The notes beneath the pieces were generated by a model. That model saw only the letters and a list, made by a program, of their open reading frames with translations, was not told the origin of the DNA and ran no database searches. From Podarcis bocagei (Eukaryota), in assembly GCA_964188305.1 (NCBI GenBank), contig OZ076893.1: a stretch of 64,000 nt of DNA. One strand, 5' to 3'. Below, one piece after another: positions 23,730 through 36,970 of the stretch. The position numbers and the translations under genes were made by a program. How positions within the stretch are numbered: the stretch's first letter is position 1; the number at the start of each line of letters is the position of its first letter.

Positions 23730-26700
23730 CTAGTAGGGGAAAAACACATCTTTGTTAGTGGTAGTGTATGGGAGTAGCTGGCTGGAGAATCAAGCAGAGG
23801 AGATGAGAGGCTGCAGGTCATTCATTCATTCATTCCATTTATATCCCACCATTCCTCCAAGGAGCTCCACATAGGACACATGGTTGTCCATCTCATGTTG
23901 CCCTCCCAACCACCCCGTGAGGTAGGTTAGGCTAAGAGACAGTGATTGGCCAAGGCTACTGAGTGGGGACTATTATCTTAGTCTCCCAGGTCTTAGTCCA
24001 TCACTCTAACTAGTACATCATGCTGACTGTCTTTTATATGTGGAAGGGGCCCAAAGCCTTTGAGAACCAGCCCAGCTCTGGAGGGTAGCCTCCCAACAAT
24101 AGGAGTGGTTGCATCTGTCACTTTTGGTTTCTCGGTTTCTCAATTTCCCCACTCTTAGTTTCAGTTCTCCACATTTCCACATCAGTTTGCAACTTTTTAT
24201 TTTAAAACATCCTCATGAAAATCATCAGCATTGAACTGCAACTTTCTCCTAAAATACACATTTGTTTTGAGGGGTGGATTCCCAGTACAGTGGGCAGCTA
24301 GCATCTGCAAAGAAAAGGAGGATAAGGGGAGGAGTGAAGGAGAACTACACTAGCCCAAAGCTCACCTTATTATTACTATAAACTATAGTCAAGGCATGCC
24401 TGCCCATGAGGTGGGCTGATGTTGCCGCCTTGGGTGGTGGAATCCTGCGGGGCAGCACTTGTGCAGCAATGACCTCTTCTGGCAAGATCTCGTGAGAGTT
24501 CTGTGAGATCTCGTGAGAGTTCTCCGAGATCTTGCCAGAAGAAGCCACTGCCATGTGACCTAGGCAACTGAGGCTTCTGCGGGAAAGGGCACCTCATGTT
24601 TTGCCACAGGTGGTTAAACAGGATGGGTCCCCCCCCTGACCATAGTTTATCATTACAGCAGAAGAGTCTGCACTAAAATACAGCACCGAGTTGCATTTAA
24701 AGTGTGATTTCAAGACAGTTTGGAGGTTACTGGCTGGAGAAATGCAAAGGGAGCAGAAATGAGTTTCGAAAAGCCTAGTGAGCCCCTCATTGCTCATCCT
24801 CAGAGGAGCAACATAACACAGGCCTGTTTCTGGATAATACTGCTGACAAACATGGCCAAACCTTGACACCTGGCAACATACCACCGTTATAATGTGAATG
24901 GTTTCCTATCTGAAAACTAATATTTGGCTAAAGAGTAAAGGTGACTAGACTGACTATGGCTGCATGGAAAATAAAAAATACCACCACTCACCCCCGCGCA
25001 CATTTTATTACGATTCAGATTTCCAAGTGAGATAACATGTACTGCATACAGGAATATATTAAATATGTGTTTAGAAAAAGCAAGATGATGTAAGATCTTG
25101 TCTCTCTCTCTCTAAATGAGAGTGATACCCAGATCCTCGTGAGTCCCCCTTGCCCCCGTAGTCTTTAGTTGTACTAGAATCCAAGGACATTTAAAGTTAA
25201 AAAATATCAGTTTCTCCAAATCTACTTAATTTCTCTGTGAGGTGTCAGAGGAAATATGGCACCCTAACTGTTCTCAGATTGTAGGGTTATGTGAGGTACA
25301 TAGCATCTTTAGAGAACAGGGAAGTGAAAACCGACACAGCAAAGGTGATCCAGATAAAGAATATAATAGTTCATCCAAAGAGGAAATTAGGCACAAGCTA
25401 ACATGATACTTCACTCTGCCAGAATTTCTTTCAGAGAAGTTGGCTTGTGCATGTTTGAAATATATTTTCATGGTGAATCAGAGGGCGTTCACTCTTCATT
25501 GAGAACTTCAGGCTACAATATGGGGACAGGGGAACCTTGGACCTGGGGGCAGAATGTGATCTTCTCGGCATCCCTCTCTGACCCTCAGTACTCTCTCCAC
25601 AGACCCCTCTCAGGGTCACACTACTCAACACCCCAGATCCACACTCTCCTCAAGTGTTTGGGCCTAAGCAGAATGTCCTTGAACCACAAAAATGCCTATT
25701 GCTTCCCTGAATGGAGGAGGCAGGTACGTATAGAAACCCCTGGTTTTTGTGTAGTTGAAATGTCCAAAGTAAGAGTCTCCTCCATTGCGCCAGCCACTTT
25801 TCTCTCTGGCCCTACCCACCACTGGAATGCAGCCCTTTCTGGAAAGTTCCCCATGTGGGAACATGGTCCTCCTTATTATGGGATTTTTATTCCCACCCAC
25901 ACTCAGATCTTGCTCCCAGTGGGATAGGAAGCTCGGAGTTTGGAAGAGTTGCCTCTCCTTTTGAGGTAGGTCTTCAAACAGCCAAGGTTCTTCTATCACA
26001 AGCATCTTTACATTTTTCTCTGGAAACTACATTTACGAAGGGGTCACCGGCATCCTTTTTCTTGGCCTGCTCTCCTTCTTAGCCTGAAAGAGGAAAATAT
26101 ATGGCTTTCTCCCATTCCTCTCCCTGTGGGCACATCACTGCTATGGGCTTTGTTGGTTTCAGAGGAAGGAAGAGGGTTGGAGGACTGCAAATCTAAATGG
26201 GACATGTTCTTCTCCCGCTCACTCTTCTCTGAGGTGAGCAATATGAGCTCCTTAAAGCTGTATCTGTTCCTGATAATCTTCTCTCACATCCCTAATCACG
26301 GGTCTTCCTCTTACAGAGATGATTGGGGAGCATCTTCATAAATGGATGTGCATTTTGCCCCGGAGTTCCACTGGACACTATAGCAATGGACTACTCGTGG
26401 TAGTTCAGTATTAGCATCAAGACTCAGCATCATAAAACCACTCATGTGGTGCTGCTTGGAGGTTTTAGCATCAAAACCTTTCTGTTATAAGAAGGAAAGA
26501 TGTAAATATATCCCATCTGCAGACCAGTCTTTTGATTCCGTATGCCAAAGATCATGCTTTTTATATCCACAGACTAACCAGTGGATTCACGACTGCCAGT
26601 GATCCACGTGCTATCCAAGATTTAATTTGAAATTCCCCCCACATCCCTCTTAAGGCATTTATTTCTGGATAACAGATCAGTGGCAGAGTGCCTTGAACAC

Positions 26701-27175
26701 AGTTCATCTACCCAAACCTCGGGATATAATAGTATCCATATGTTATTGTTTTTATTGACTATCACAGACATTCAATGTGGGATGTTACATATGATAAACA
26801 TATACTTAATTAAAGCCATGAATCTGCTTCTACACTATGGAGTAATATTTTTCTAGAAAGGAAAAGTAATGAAAATGAAACACAAATATGCTTTCCATTT
26901 AAATTATAAAACATTTGATGTACAAGAAACACACCTCCTAAAAGCATGACTTTTTGTCTCACAAAGTGAAAAGTAGGAGGGATTATGGATTACAAGAACA
27001 TGAAAAGAGCCTTGCTGGATCAGGCAAAAGGCCGACTGAGCCCAGCCTCCCTGCTTCCCACCATGGCCTACCAGATGTTTCTGAGAAGCTCAAAGCAGTT
27101 AGTGCAGTTCTTATTCTTACAACCACTTCTGCTTGGCTTTTCTAGGATGCTCATAAGAAAGCTGTCCCCCACATA

Positions 27176-27523
27176 GATAAAGGGACCCCTGACCATTAGG
27201 TCCAGTCGTGACCGACTCAGGGGTTGCAGCGCTCATCTCGCTTTATTGGCCAAGGGAGCCGGCGTACAGCTTCCGGGTCATGTGGCCAGCATGACTAAGC
27301 CGCTTCTGGCGAACCAGAGCAGCGCACAGAAATGCCGTTTACCTTCCCGCTGAAGCGGTACCTATTTATCTATTTGCACTTTGACGTGCTTTTGAACTGC
27401 TAGGTTGGCAGGAGCAGGGACCGAGCAATGGGAGCTCACCCCATCACGGGGATTCAAACTGCTGACCTTCTGATCGGCAAGTCCTAGGCTCTGTGGTTTC
27501 ACCCACAGCGCCACCAGTGTCCC
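27176..27523 (-). mobile_element. Sauria SINE, full length
   Basis: Highly similar to 19163-19515; flanking direct repeat (tgtcc)cccacata. Confidence 0.92.
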
Positions 27524-27638
27524 CCACATACTGAACCCTCTATACACCATTTCTGCAACAATTTGCTTTTTGCTTTCTTTTTTTGGTAGATCCTTATGAA
27601 AATACACCAGCATTTTAATGTGGTATTTTTTCCTAATA

Positions 27639-27881
27639 CAGTCGTACTTCCCGAATGGAATCCGTTCCGAAAGTCCAGTCAACTTCCGTAAATGTTCAAA
27701 AACCAAGGCGCAGCTTCTGATTGGCTGCAGGAGCTTCCTGCACTCAATCGGAACCAGCGGGGAAGCTGTGTCAGACGTTCGGCTGGAACATTCGCAAACT
27801 GGAACACTCACTTCTGGGCTTGAGGTGTTCAGGAGCCAAAATGTTCGAGTCACAAGGTGTTCCAGAACCAAGGTACGACTG
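27639..27881. mobile_element. Tigger/mariner-type MITE
   Basis: TA-CAGTCGTAC ... GTACGACTG-TA; related to 32476-32695. Confidence 0.85.
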
Positions 27882-30765
27882 TAAATACATTTTTGTATGT
27901 TTTGAAAAATATAGACATTTTTGCAAGTGCTTTCCCCGAATCAAATGCATTTTTCTATGTTATTGCCGTGTGCATATGCACTTTCACACACACTTCGTCT
28001 TAGTATATGCATTTTTGTACACGCTACTTGGGTGAAGACCTGCATTGCAAAATTCATGACAGCGTAAATTTCAAAGGATCTATGATGTACTGCTTCCTTG
28101 AGGAGGGAGGATAAGTGGGGGTGTCTGTATATATCTGTTGATTTCCACAATGCAGCATGCTGTCTTGTTTATTACCTCCCAGACAATATTTTACATAACA
28201 GTAAATTAATTCCCAGTAATGAGTCGGCCACGGGAGTTAGATTAGTGGAATGTTGCCTATGTCAAGGAAGGAAGAGAGATGGTAGCATTTTTAACCCCAC
28301 TGACTGGGATGTCGTGGAATGAGGAAGCCTACAGATGTTTTACTGCTTAAGCAACAACACATCTGACCGTTTATAGATGACTTCATGAAAGTCATGTCAG
28401 CTTCATGTAGTGCAGTAAAGAGTCTGGGTATTTTAGATTTCCCCTTCCCGTTTATATTTACAAATGTGGTTTTGCATTAATTTCAGAATCAGTGTATAGA
28501 TAAGGGAATCATACACACTGCCTTAATGATTCTCTCTGCAGAAATGGCAATGAAAACCATATTGAAGTGTTCAGAGTGGTATGCAGATCCAGAAAGGGTG
28601 ACATTCTCAGTAACATGGTAATTACTTGTCAACAGCAGTCAGACCACTAATTTCATGTCTCCTTTATTTAGCTGCATAACAAACCTCACAATGAAACCAC
28701 AGGCCTATATTTAGATGGTAGATCTCGAAGCCATGTTTAAAGGCAGAAATACCAGCAGAGAATAAAGTTCTACTGTTGAGACCTTCTATTAGCCTTTTAC
28801 TTCAGAGTTTGCAGGGCACACTGCGGCCAGCTCAAGACTTGGATTCTATTTATTTTAAATCAAGTGTTGGCATTTTTTAAGGGAAACTAATTGCATGTGT
28901 TTTGTGAAATGAACATTATAAAGTTCTTGAAAAAACAGGTACATTAGTAAAAAAACAAAACCACCCTGCATATAAAAATGTGTTTACTGGAAGAAATTCA
29001 CTCAAAAATGCTGATAAATCTTCACGAGGATTAAAAGAAGAAGAAAAAGAATTAGCAAATTGCTGAAAAATGTGGAGAACTCAATTTAATGTTGGGAAAA
29101 TGAGCCTGTGAGAACAAAACGTGACAGATCCATCCCTATTTCAAGGAAATAATTAGGGATGCTTCAAATATCATACGTTTCCTACATGGAGAGCATGTAG
29201 GAAAAGCAAGAAGGCCACATGTGGATTTTCATGAATAATGATCATGCTTGTGTCTATTACTACAGCCCACATAGGAAATACAGATCATTTGAAATTGGCT
29301 TTAGATGTTGCAAGATCAGGTTAAAGGTGCAAAGAAAAGTGTGTTGTCTTTAGGGCATGTTAGCTAGGGGGCATATTCCTTTAGATGGCAACGTTTAAGA
29401 GCTGCTAGTTCCTAGTCTCAAATGCCACAATATTATCTAATGCTGTCAAGTCTATTGATCTTAAATGAGGCCCGAAATCAATTTTCTACCGGAGAAATGG
29501 TGCGTTACTTTTGTCAGGATGTAAACCAGCAGGGTGGATCAGCAGGGGAGTATACTTAACCCTCTTCTCCCTGTTCTGCTAATAAACTTCACTCTTAGGG
29601 AGAGGTTAGACAGAAAGGCCAATGTAAAAAATTCTCTGTTGTAGCTACTGTGGAAAAAAAAAAAGGGTGATGAAGTAGACCGTGGAACCAGCCCTGATGA
29701 TTCTCCCCTGGGGCTAGGATTGCTTGATCCAGACAATTTCCTTTGCAAGGTAGATCTGCTAATCCGGTCCAGACCATGCTTGAAGTTTAAAAAGGATTTT
29801 AACTCAGATGCATTTGAGAACAGGATGTGGACCAGTACTTAGATATATATTAGGGTTCTCAAGAGCTTGGACATTTTAAAAGTACAGATAATAAGATTTA
29901 GTCTGCCCAACAGATACAGATAACTGCCATCACTGGGATAAATGCCCTGCATATCATCTACATTTTTACTGTATTTTATATGTATAAGGGAATTCGACAT
30001 GACACTTCACCTGCTATGAAGCTGGAATGGTTAACATCAATAAAGGGAGCCCTCCTTGCTCACCTACAACTTAGATCTGTGAGACAGACAGGCACAAGGC
30101 ACAGGGCCTTTTCTGTGGTGGCTTCATGGCTTCGGAATCTTTTACTGCCTTTACCTCCAGAAGCCAGTTTTCCCCCCAAGGGGGTTGAATGACTTGAAAC
30201 TTGGCATTCACGTCAGCAATATTCTTCTCTGAGAGAGCTTTCCTTCTGTTGTCTTATATTAGGAGGTCAATGTGTTTTATCTGGCTTATTGTTTTGATTT
30301 CTTAGCACATAAGTGGAACATGGTTCAGTGAAACTTGGTGATTCAGCCTACAAGTATTTTAAAACAAATAAAGCAATTCACAAACATCAGAAGTAAGAGT
30401 TGTCATCCTTTTTCAAAAAAACAACAACCGTAAGCAATCCCTTGCATTGAGCTACCTGGTGGGGCATATTTTGTTGCGGTTGTTGCTGTTATTAATAAAA
30501 TACATGTTATTTCTTACTGAAGATGTAAACTGGCTCTTTCAAGGAGTACTGGAAACCTTTTCTTGTCTATTTAAAAAGTAATTTTCCATATGTGAAGTCC
30601 ACAGTGGGGTTTGAAGTTTAAGGGGACAAAACAGCAGAACTTATTAAGAAAACCATTAAAGAAGATGAAACTGGATGTGATGGAATTTTAGAATGAAACT
30701 GTATGCAATACTGATTATAAACATTGAGGATGGGTGAGTGGGAAGGCAACAGTATTCCAGGAAGT

Positions 30766-30880
30766 TTTTTTTTATGGTTGATGTTTTATTGTGTTTGTAA
30801 TATTTTGTTGGGAGCCACCCAGAGTGGATGGGCAGCATGTAAATATAAATATATAAGATTATTATTATTATTATAATTAA
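30766..30880 (+). mobile_element. L2-type 3' UTR remnant
   Basis: ttttgttgggagccacccagagtgg followed by (ATT)n. Confidence 0.65.
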
Positions 30881-32475
30881 ATAGGATTTTAACTGTTGAG
30901 TGACAAAATGTAACTTTGAATTTTGAAATAAAATAAAATATGTATTGGGGGGGATGTAAACTGGACATTTTATTTAGTCATAAGAGCATTTCTCCAACCC
31001 ACCTTTCAGGCCAATGGGGCCACCTAGAAGGCATGTACACACACACACACACCACAAAATAACAAGCAATACAAACTGGGATCGTTTACACAGAGCCAAA
31101 CAGAACGCAAGCAAACAGCAGGAATGGGATAAAAACAAAAGCTTGGCAAGCTACTGAGGCTTTGCCGCAAATCAAAACGCCAGAACAGAGGAGCCCACGG
31201 AGCCTTTCCATAGCGGGGATTTCACAGGCAGAGGTGCTGCTGATGTGATGCAGGAGATCAGATCTCCTGGCTTTTAATTTTATTTTGTTAAAAAGGCTTC
31301 ATAGCAGAAGAACATCAGAAAAGCCTGCTGGATCAAACCAATGGCCCATTGACCACCCAGGTGCCTGTGGGAAACCCGTTAGGATGACCTTGGCACAAGA
31401 GCAATCTCCCCTCCTGTAGTTTCCAACAACTGGTATTCGGAAACATATTGTCTCCGTCTATGGAGGCACAGGATACCAGCTGTGGGGTGGCATGAATTGG
31501 AATGGGGCAGGGTGCTGGGGGAAATGATGTCCAGTGCTTCCCTGTTGCTCTGTTTCCCTGACCAAAATCCCCTTCCCCAAGCTGCTATTAGCTCTACTAG
31601 GAGGAAAGGGGGCCTCCTGAGCTTATTAGCTTCCCCCAACGGGACTTCAGGGGAAGGGACATATTTTAACTAGGAAAACAGCACAGAGACAAAGGTTTCA
31701 ACACTGCGCTACCTCCTGGTGCCACTGCCCTCGTCTAATTTTGGGGGTCCCACAGCTGCTTAAAGCTGTAATAAAACATCAAGAGCTCTGATTACAGATG
31801 TCCCACCGCATCATGTATGTTTTGGCCCATAGTTTTCAATGCATCTATATATATAAAAAATTACGTCCAAGGTATTACACATTCCTCTTACACGGAAAAT
31901 TATAGCACCAGATGTTTTTTGACAGCGCATTATACTAACACTACAGATTTTTTTTAAAAAAAATTGGTGAAGGGATCATAATGTCGCTGCTGTGGCAATT
32001 CTCATGCCAAAATCCTTTTTTAAGCACTTTTTGTTCATGGCTGAGCAGTCGCAAGCCCTTGTGTTGGAAACACAGGGATATCCTTTCCAACGAAAGGCTG
32101 CTCCTAAAGTTACAAAATTCTTACAGGGGAAGATTGGTATGTGGAGGGAGGGATAGGAAACGTGTAGATCAGGATGGGCCAACTCAGTTGACAAGATCTA
32201 TTTTGTTTGACAATGTAAGAAGAGCTTGCAGGATCAGACCAAATGCTCTTTTAGTCCAGCATTTAGACATGGCGGCTAACAAAAGGCCTGCAGGAAGTCT
32301 GTTAGCAGGACATGAGTGGAGTGGTCCTCTCCCACTCATGATTCTCAGCAAATCATGTTCAAAGGCATATTGCCTCTGGCACCGAAGGTAGTACATAACC
32401 CTCATGACTCATAGCCTTTTAAAAAATAACTGGAACCTTAAGATCAACCATTCAAAGCTGGATGCAAAAGACATA

Positions 32476-32695
32476 CAGTGGTACCTCGGAAGTCAAATGG
32501 AATCCATTCCAGAAGTCCGTTCGACTGCCAAAATGTTCAGAAACCAAGGTGTGGCTTCTGCGGAGCTGCGGAAGCCCTGTCGGATGTTTGGGTTCCAAAG
32601 AACGTTCGCAAACCGGAACACTTACTTCTGGGTTTGCGGCGTTCGGGAGCCAAAACGTTTGACTCACAAGGCGTTCGCAAACCAAGGTACAACTG
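32476..32695. mobile_element. Tigger/mariner-type MITE
   Basis: TA-CAGTGGTACCTCGG ... CCAAGGTACAACTG-TA. Confidence 0.85.
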
Positions 32696-35600
32696 TACTT
32701 AGAGTTAAAGAATTCTGAGCCCAAGGATTTGTTTCAGTACCAGAACCGATTGCACAGCCCCTAAAACCCCACTCCTGTGTGTCCCCCTTCCCCAATTTTC
32801 TTCATTTCAGCAATATAATTTGGAGTTGGGGGAGCCATTTTGCCATTGCCGCTGTTAAGCAATTGGAAGTTGCCAGTCCACAAACAGATCCAGAGCTACC
32901 TTTCACTCACCCCTGGCATGGATCATTCTTGGTGATGATCTCACATGCAGATACTTTTTGCTCTGAGTTGCAGTTGGACTCTACTTTCCAAAGCATGTAT
33001 GCTGCCAGTTCATTGAAGAGAACAGATGTGATAATTTTGCCTGCATTTTGTTATGTATGAAAAATGCATTGATTGAAGTACATGCGCTGATTAAAAGAAT
33101 TGTGATGTGATTGTGCAATCACACAGATTCCTTTTTATGCTGTGATTTAATCTAAGTGCATATTTATTTATTTTTATTTGATTTATTAGATTTATATACT
33201 GCTCTGCATCAAAAGATCTCAAAGTGGTACACAAGATTAAAACATGAGATAAAATCACAAATAGATAGTTAAAACAGAAACAACAAAACAGTAAGTGAAT
33301 ATGTACTGGTCTGCATTCATAATCCACAAAGGAAAAAGATGTTAACTGCACACTGCATCAAATTGATTATGTGCAGGGGTCTGAACAAACTCTGGGTTTT
33401 TATTTTATTTTTATTTGTTTAAGGTATGATGAACAGTTAAGGCATCAGTGCCATTATGGAAATAAACCAGATTCTAAAATCTGGGTAAAACATTAGAAGG
33501 GGGCAGTGCCACAAGAATATTGAGGAACCATCCTCACTCAATTATTATCCAAACTTTCAATTCAACCAGTTTGTGGGTTATGGGCTAGGCAACTTTTCTC
33601 CATTATCTATAGGGAAGTTTCTGAGTAGCCTAGTATCTTAATCCTGTTGTTCCAATTCAATTGCTTTTTGGAAATAAGCGAGACAGTGAAAAAGTTGTGA
33701 TCTCTACAAGAAGAAAAGATGATCTCTCCAGTCTGCTCACTCCTGCTAATTTTATTAATGGACCTTACTGCATTCTGCTTTCTTGAACAAACAGTTTCTG
33801 CTCCCCTTCCCTCCTTTAACTGCAGCATGAAAATAGGTTGATTTTCAACACATCCCTTCCTTCCATATACAAGGCCAGGCTATTTCATCACATTAAAAGG
33901 GCACATCAGTGTGTAAGTCGATGCAGCCACACACAGAGGTCAAGGCAGGCCATGTTTATTTACTGCCAAACATATCTTAACACTGTGACACATTATTAAA
34001 GCACATAAATAAATGCAAAATATTAAGGACACCAGTTATCACCTATAGGAATCTTTGCCTTCTCCACATTCTAAATAAATACTTAGGCCTAAGCCGATAA
34101 TTGGCAGGTCACTAATACAATCAGTAGGTCAGTGGGTTAAAAAGCCACACACATTTCCACTTTGACACTGAAGCTTTGTAATGGTCTTGCAGGTAATTCA
34201 ATAATACGGAAGCAAAAGTTGATAGAGCACATTACCTATATAGGGTCTAGATTTCAGCCGATTACCGAATCTCCCTGCTCTGCCTTCCTACGGGGCCAGT
34301 ATTCCTATATAACAAAGTGGCCTTTTATGCATTACCACAACGATGCAGAGACCACGTTCCCACAGTTTTACCTCTGGTTGTACAAGAGTGGTTGAATTCT
34401 AAGAACAATGTGAGCAGAGCCAATTGCAATTTTCACCCAATGGTTGCTGTCCAGTGGGATGAATATCAGATGGGAAATACCTATGTAATTTACCCCACCC
34501 ATATGGTTCTGGGGTTTCATTTCTGCAACGGAATGGAAAGATGGCTGTTGTGCTTTCTTGTGACATATGAAGGTCCTTAAGGGCGCTGCTCCACATTTTT
34601 TAAGCAAACTGGTCTGTTTAACAATTGCCAGACTAATGCATACTAAATCCTTGGGAGGCTTTTGGGGGAGGAACTACATTGATGAGCCTGTAATTAAACT
34701 TTGGATTTTTCCAGATAATGTGATATGGTTATTTTCTTTTATAAAAATGCACCAAAATACATATTTTAGGATAAAATATGCTTAGAAATGTCTATATTGA
34801 AAGAAAATGTGAATTTGCATTTTGTGATAAGATATGCATTTAAGTAAGTATTTGGATACAAAATTTCATATGGATTCTTTCCCCACCCCCAAAATGTACA
34901 GATCAATGCAGAAATGGGATGAAAACATGTGAAACGGGCATTGACTGGCAACAGACTGCTCCATCCATCCCTAGTGACAACCAAGTCAACTACTTGGTGA
35001 CTACAATAATTGCTTGATAAACTAGTCATTTAGGAACCATGCAATATCTCTCTATGAGATTGTTTTATCATCTCCTAAGTGCAATTAATGGAACGAAAGA
35101 TCCTGCAAAATGAGACAATCAGGATGTGAATGTCCTGTTAAAAGCATCTCTGAATACATGCAAACTGTTTGCTAAGCACGAAGCTGTTCCTAGGTTCTTT
35201 GAGAATATCAGTGTGTGTAAGTGTTTGTGCAGCAATTGTCCAAGAAGTACATTTCAAACAGCACAAAAAAGCAGTCCTTGATGTTAGTTAATAATTGGAA
35301 TGGTTTGGGAAAGCATAATAATATCCAATTTCATTTGTCTATTTGTCCCTTTCTTAAGCTACCCCCTGCCTTTACATGGAACAATGTTTCTTAAGATAAC
35401 ATGAATAGCCCTACTCCATATCCAATACTCCTGATAGGGCCATATAGAATTCCCCCTATAGTTAACTTGGTGGCCCTCTGCCAATCAACAGGGCAGTGAC
35501 ATGAGGCCACCCACAGACAAAGTAAGAATTTCTTCATACCTGGGAGACTTCCTAGGTTGTTGTTTTATTTTTTAAAAAAGTAGCACTTTGTTTTAAAAAT

Positions 35601-36014
35601 GAGAGAAACCCTCCCCCAAAAGCCTCCCAAGGATTTAGTATGCTTAGACCCTTCCCGAGCTATAGATGTTAAAAAGAGTTAAAAACAATGCTAGTGATGA
35701 ATGTAAGTGGGGGTGACAATCTCATTCCACGATCAACAAGAGAAATAAAGAAATCTCCAAAGCAAGGAAGGAGAGATGGGTAACCATATACTGTTCAGGT
35801 TGGAGATGAATAAATATATTCCTCCACAATCTGCCCCGCCCCGATTTCTCCCCATTGATCTAGAGCAGGTGCAGCTAAACCTGTGGTTCTCTAGATCAGT
35901 GTTTCCCAACCACTGTTCCGTGGCACACTAGTGTGCCGCGAGATGTTGCCTGGTGTGCCGCGGGAAAAATTAAAAAATTCGAAAGATTTTTTTTTTTAAA
36001 AGTCAGATTTTCGA

Positions 36015-36970
36015 TTGGGGCGCCGTCACTAGATGACCCCAGGGGTTCCCTCCCTCCCTCCCGCTCTGCGCCTCCCTCCTCCTCCTCCTCCGGGGAGGCC
36101 CTTCCTGGCTCTCGGCCAAGGCTTGGCGGCTGCCACTCACTCACTCGCTCGCCCACCCGTCCCTCCATCCCTGCACCCGGCCTCTCCCCCTCCGTCCCCG
36201 GCGCGGGGGCTGCCGGGAACCGTAGTCCCCTCGCCCTTGGGCTCCGCGCCCGCGCGGGGTGCACGAACTACGTTTCCCAGCGTGGCCTGGCGGGCCGGGC
36301 GTTTTGTTTGAAGCGCTCTTCTCCCGGCCATGGAATGAGCGCGGCGGCGGCGGCCGGGCGGGCAGGGGCTCTTCCGCGCAGCCCCCGCGCAGCCTGCCTG
36401 TGCCCCCGCGGAGATCGGGCGGCAGGATGGAGCCCGGGGATCCCCGTGGAGGCGGAGCGGCGGAGGCGGAGGCTGCCCCCCAGGTAGGGCTGCGTCAGGG
36501 GTTTTTTATTTTTGCAATGCTGCATCCGCGCCGGAGGGGACGCATCGGACCGCGGGGAGACCCCTTGGTGGGCGTGCAAGGCAATGCATGCGTGCAGGCG
36601 TTGCATGGAGTGCAGTGCAATGCAATGGCAATGCGGCGCCCTGCATGCATGCATGCAACTTCCACCTTCGCTCCGGACTTGGCAGGTGAGGGGGGTCCCC
36701 AGTGGGCGGCAGAGAGAGCCGGGAGGGCGAAGGGGAGCCGGGGGGGAGCAGCGCTGCTCCCCGAGCCGAGCCCGGGGGGGAAACTTCGGCGTCGTTGTGC
36801 CGGGTGTTGGAAGCGGAGGCTGGCGGGGGCCCCTCACCTGCAAAACCTGGTCGCCTCTCATATATTTCGTGCATTGCATTCATCGCCCGCTTTCTCCTCC
36901 AAGGAGCTCCCGGGGGCGCGCGTGGTTCTCCCCGTGTTATCCTCGCAACAACAGCACTGCGAGGTGGGTC
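36015..36970 (+). promoter_or_regulatory. CpG island / promoter-like segment inside the hAT element, with two oppositely oriented ZNF143/THAP11-type (ACTAC-N3-TCCC) motifs
   Basis: Very GC- and CpG-rich compared with the CpG-depleted background. Motifs GGACTACGGTTCCCGGCAGC (minus, ~36209-36228) and GAACTACGTTTCCCAGCGTGGC (plus, ~36265-36286). Confidence 0.7.
36427..36483 (+). pseudogene. Putative captured first coding exon of an unidentified host gene (MEPGDPRGGGAAEAEAAPQ | intron)
   Basis: Strong Kozak context AGGATGG at 36427, followed after exactly 19 codons by donor CAG|GTAGGG. Lies downstream of the promoter motifs. Source gene not recognised. Confidence 0.45.

Noticed and set aside
36015-36970. 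CpG island as the native promoter of a nested or antisense gene
   Set aside because: It is bounded exactly by TIRs and an 8-bp TSD and interrupts an older MITE, so it is an insertion.
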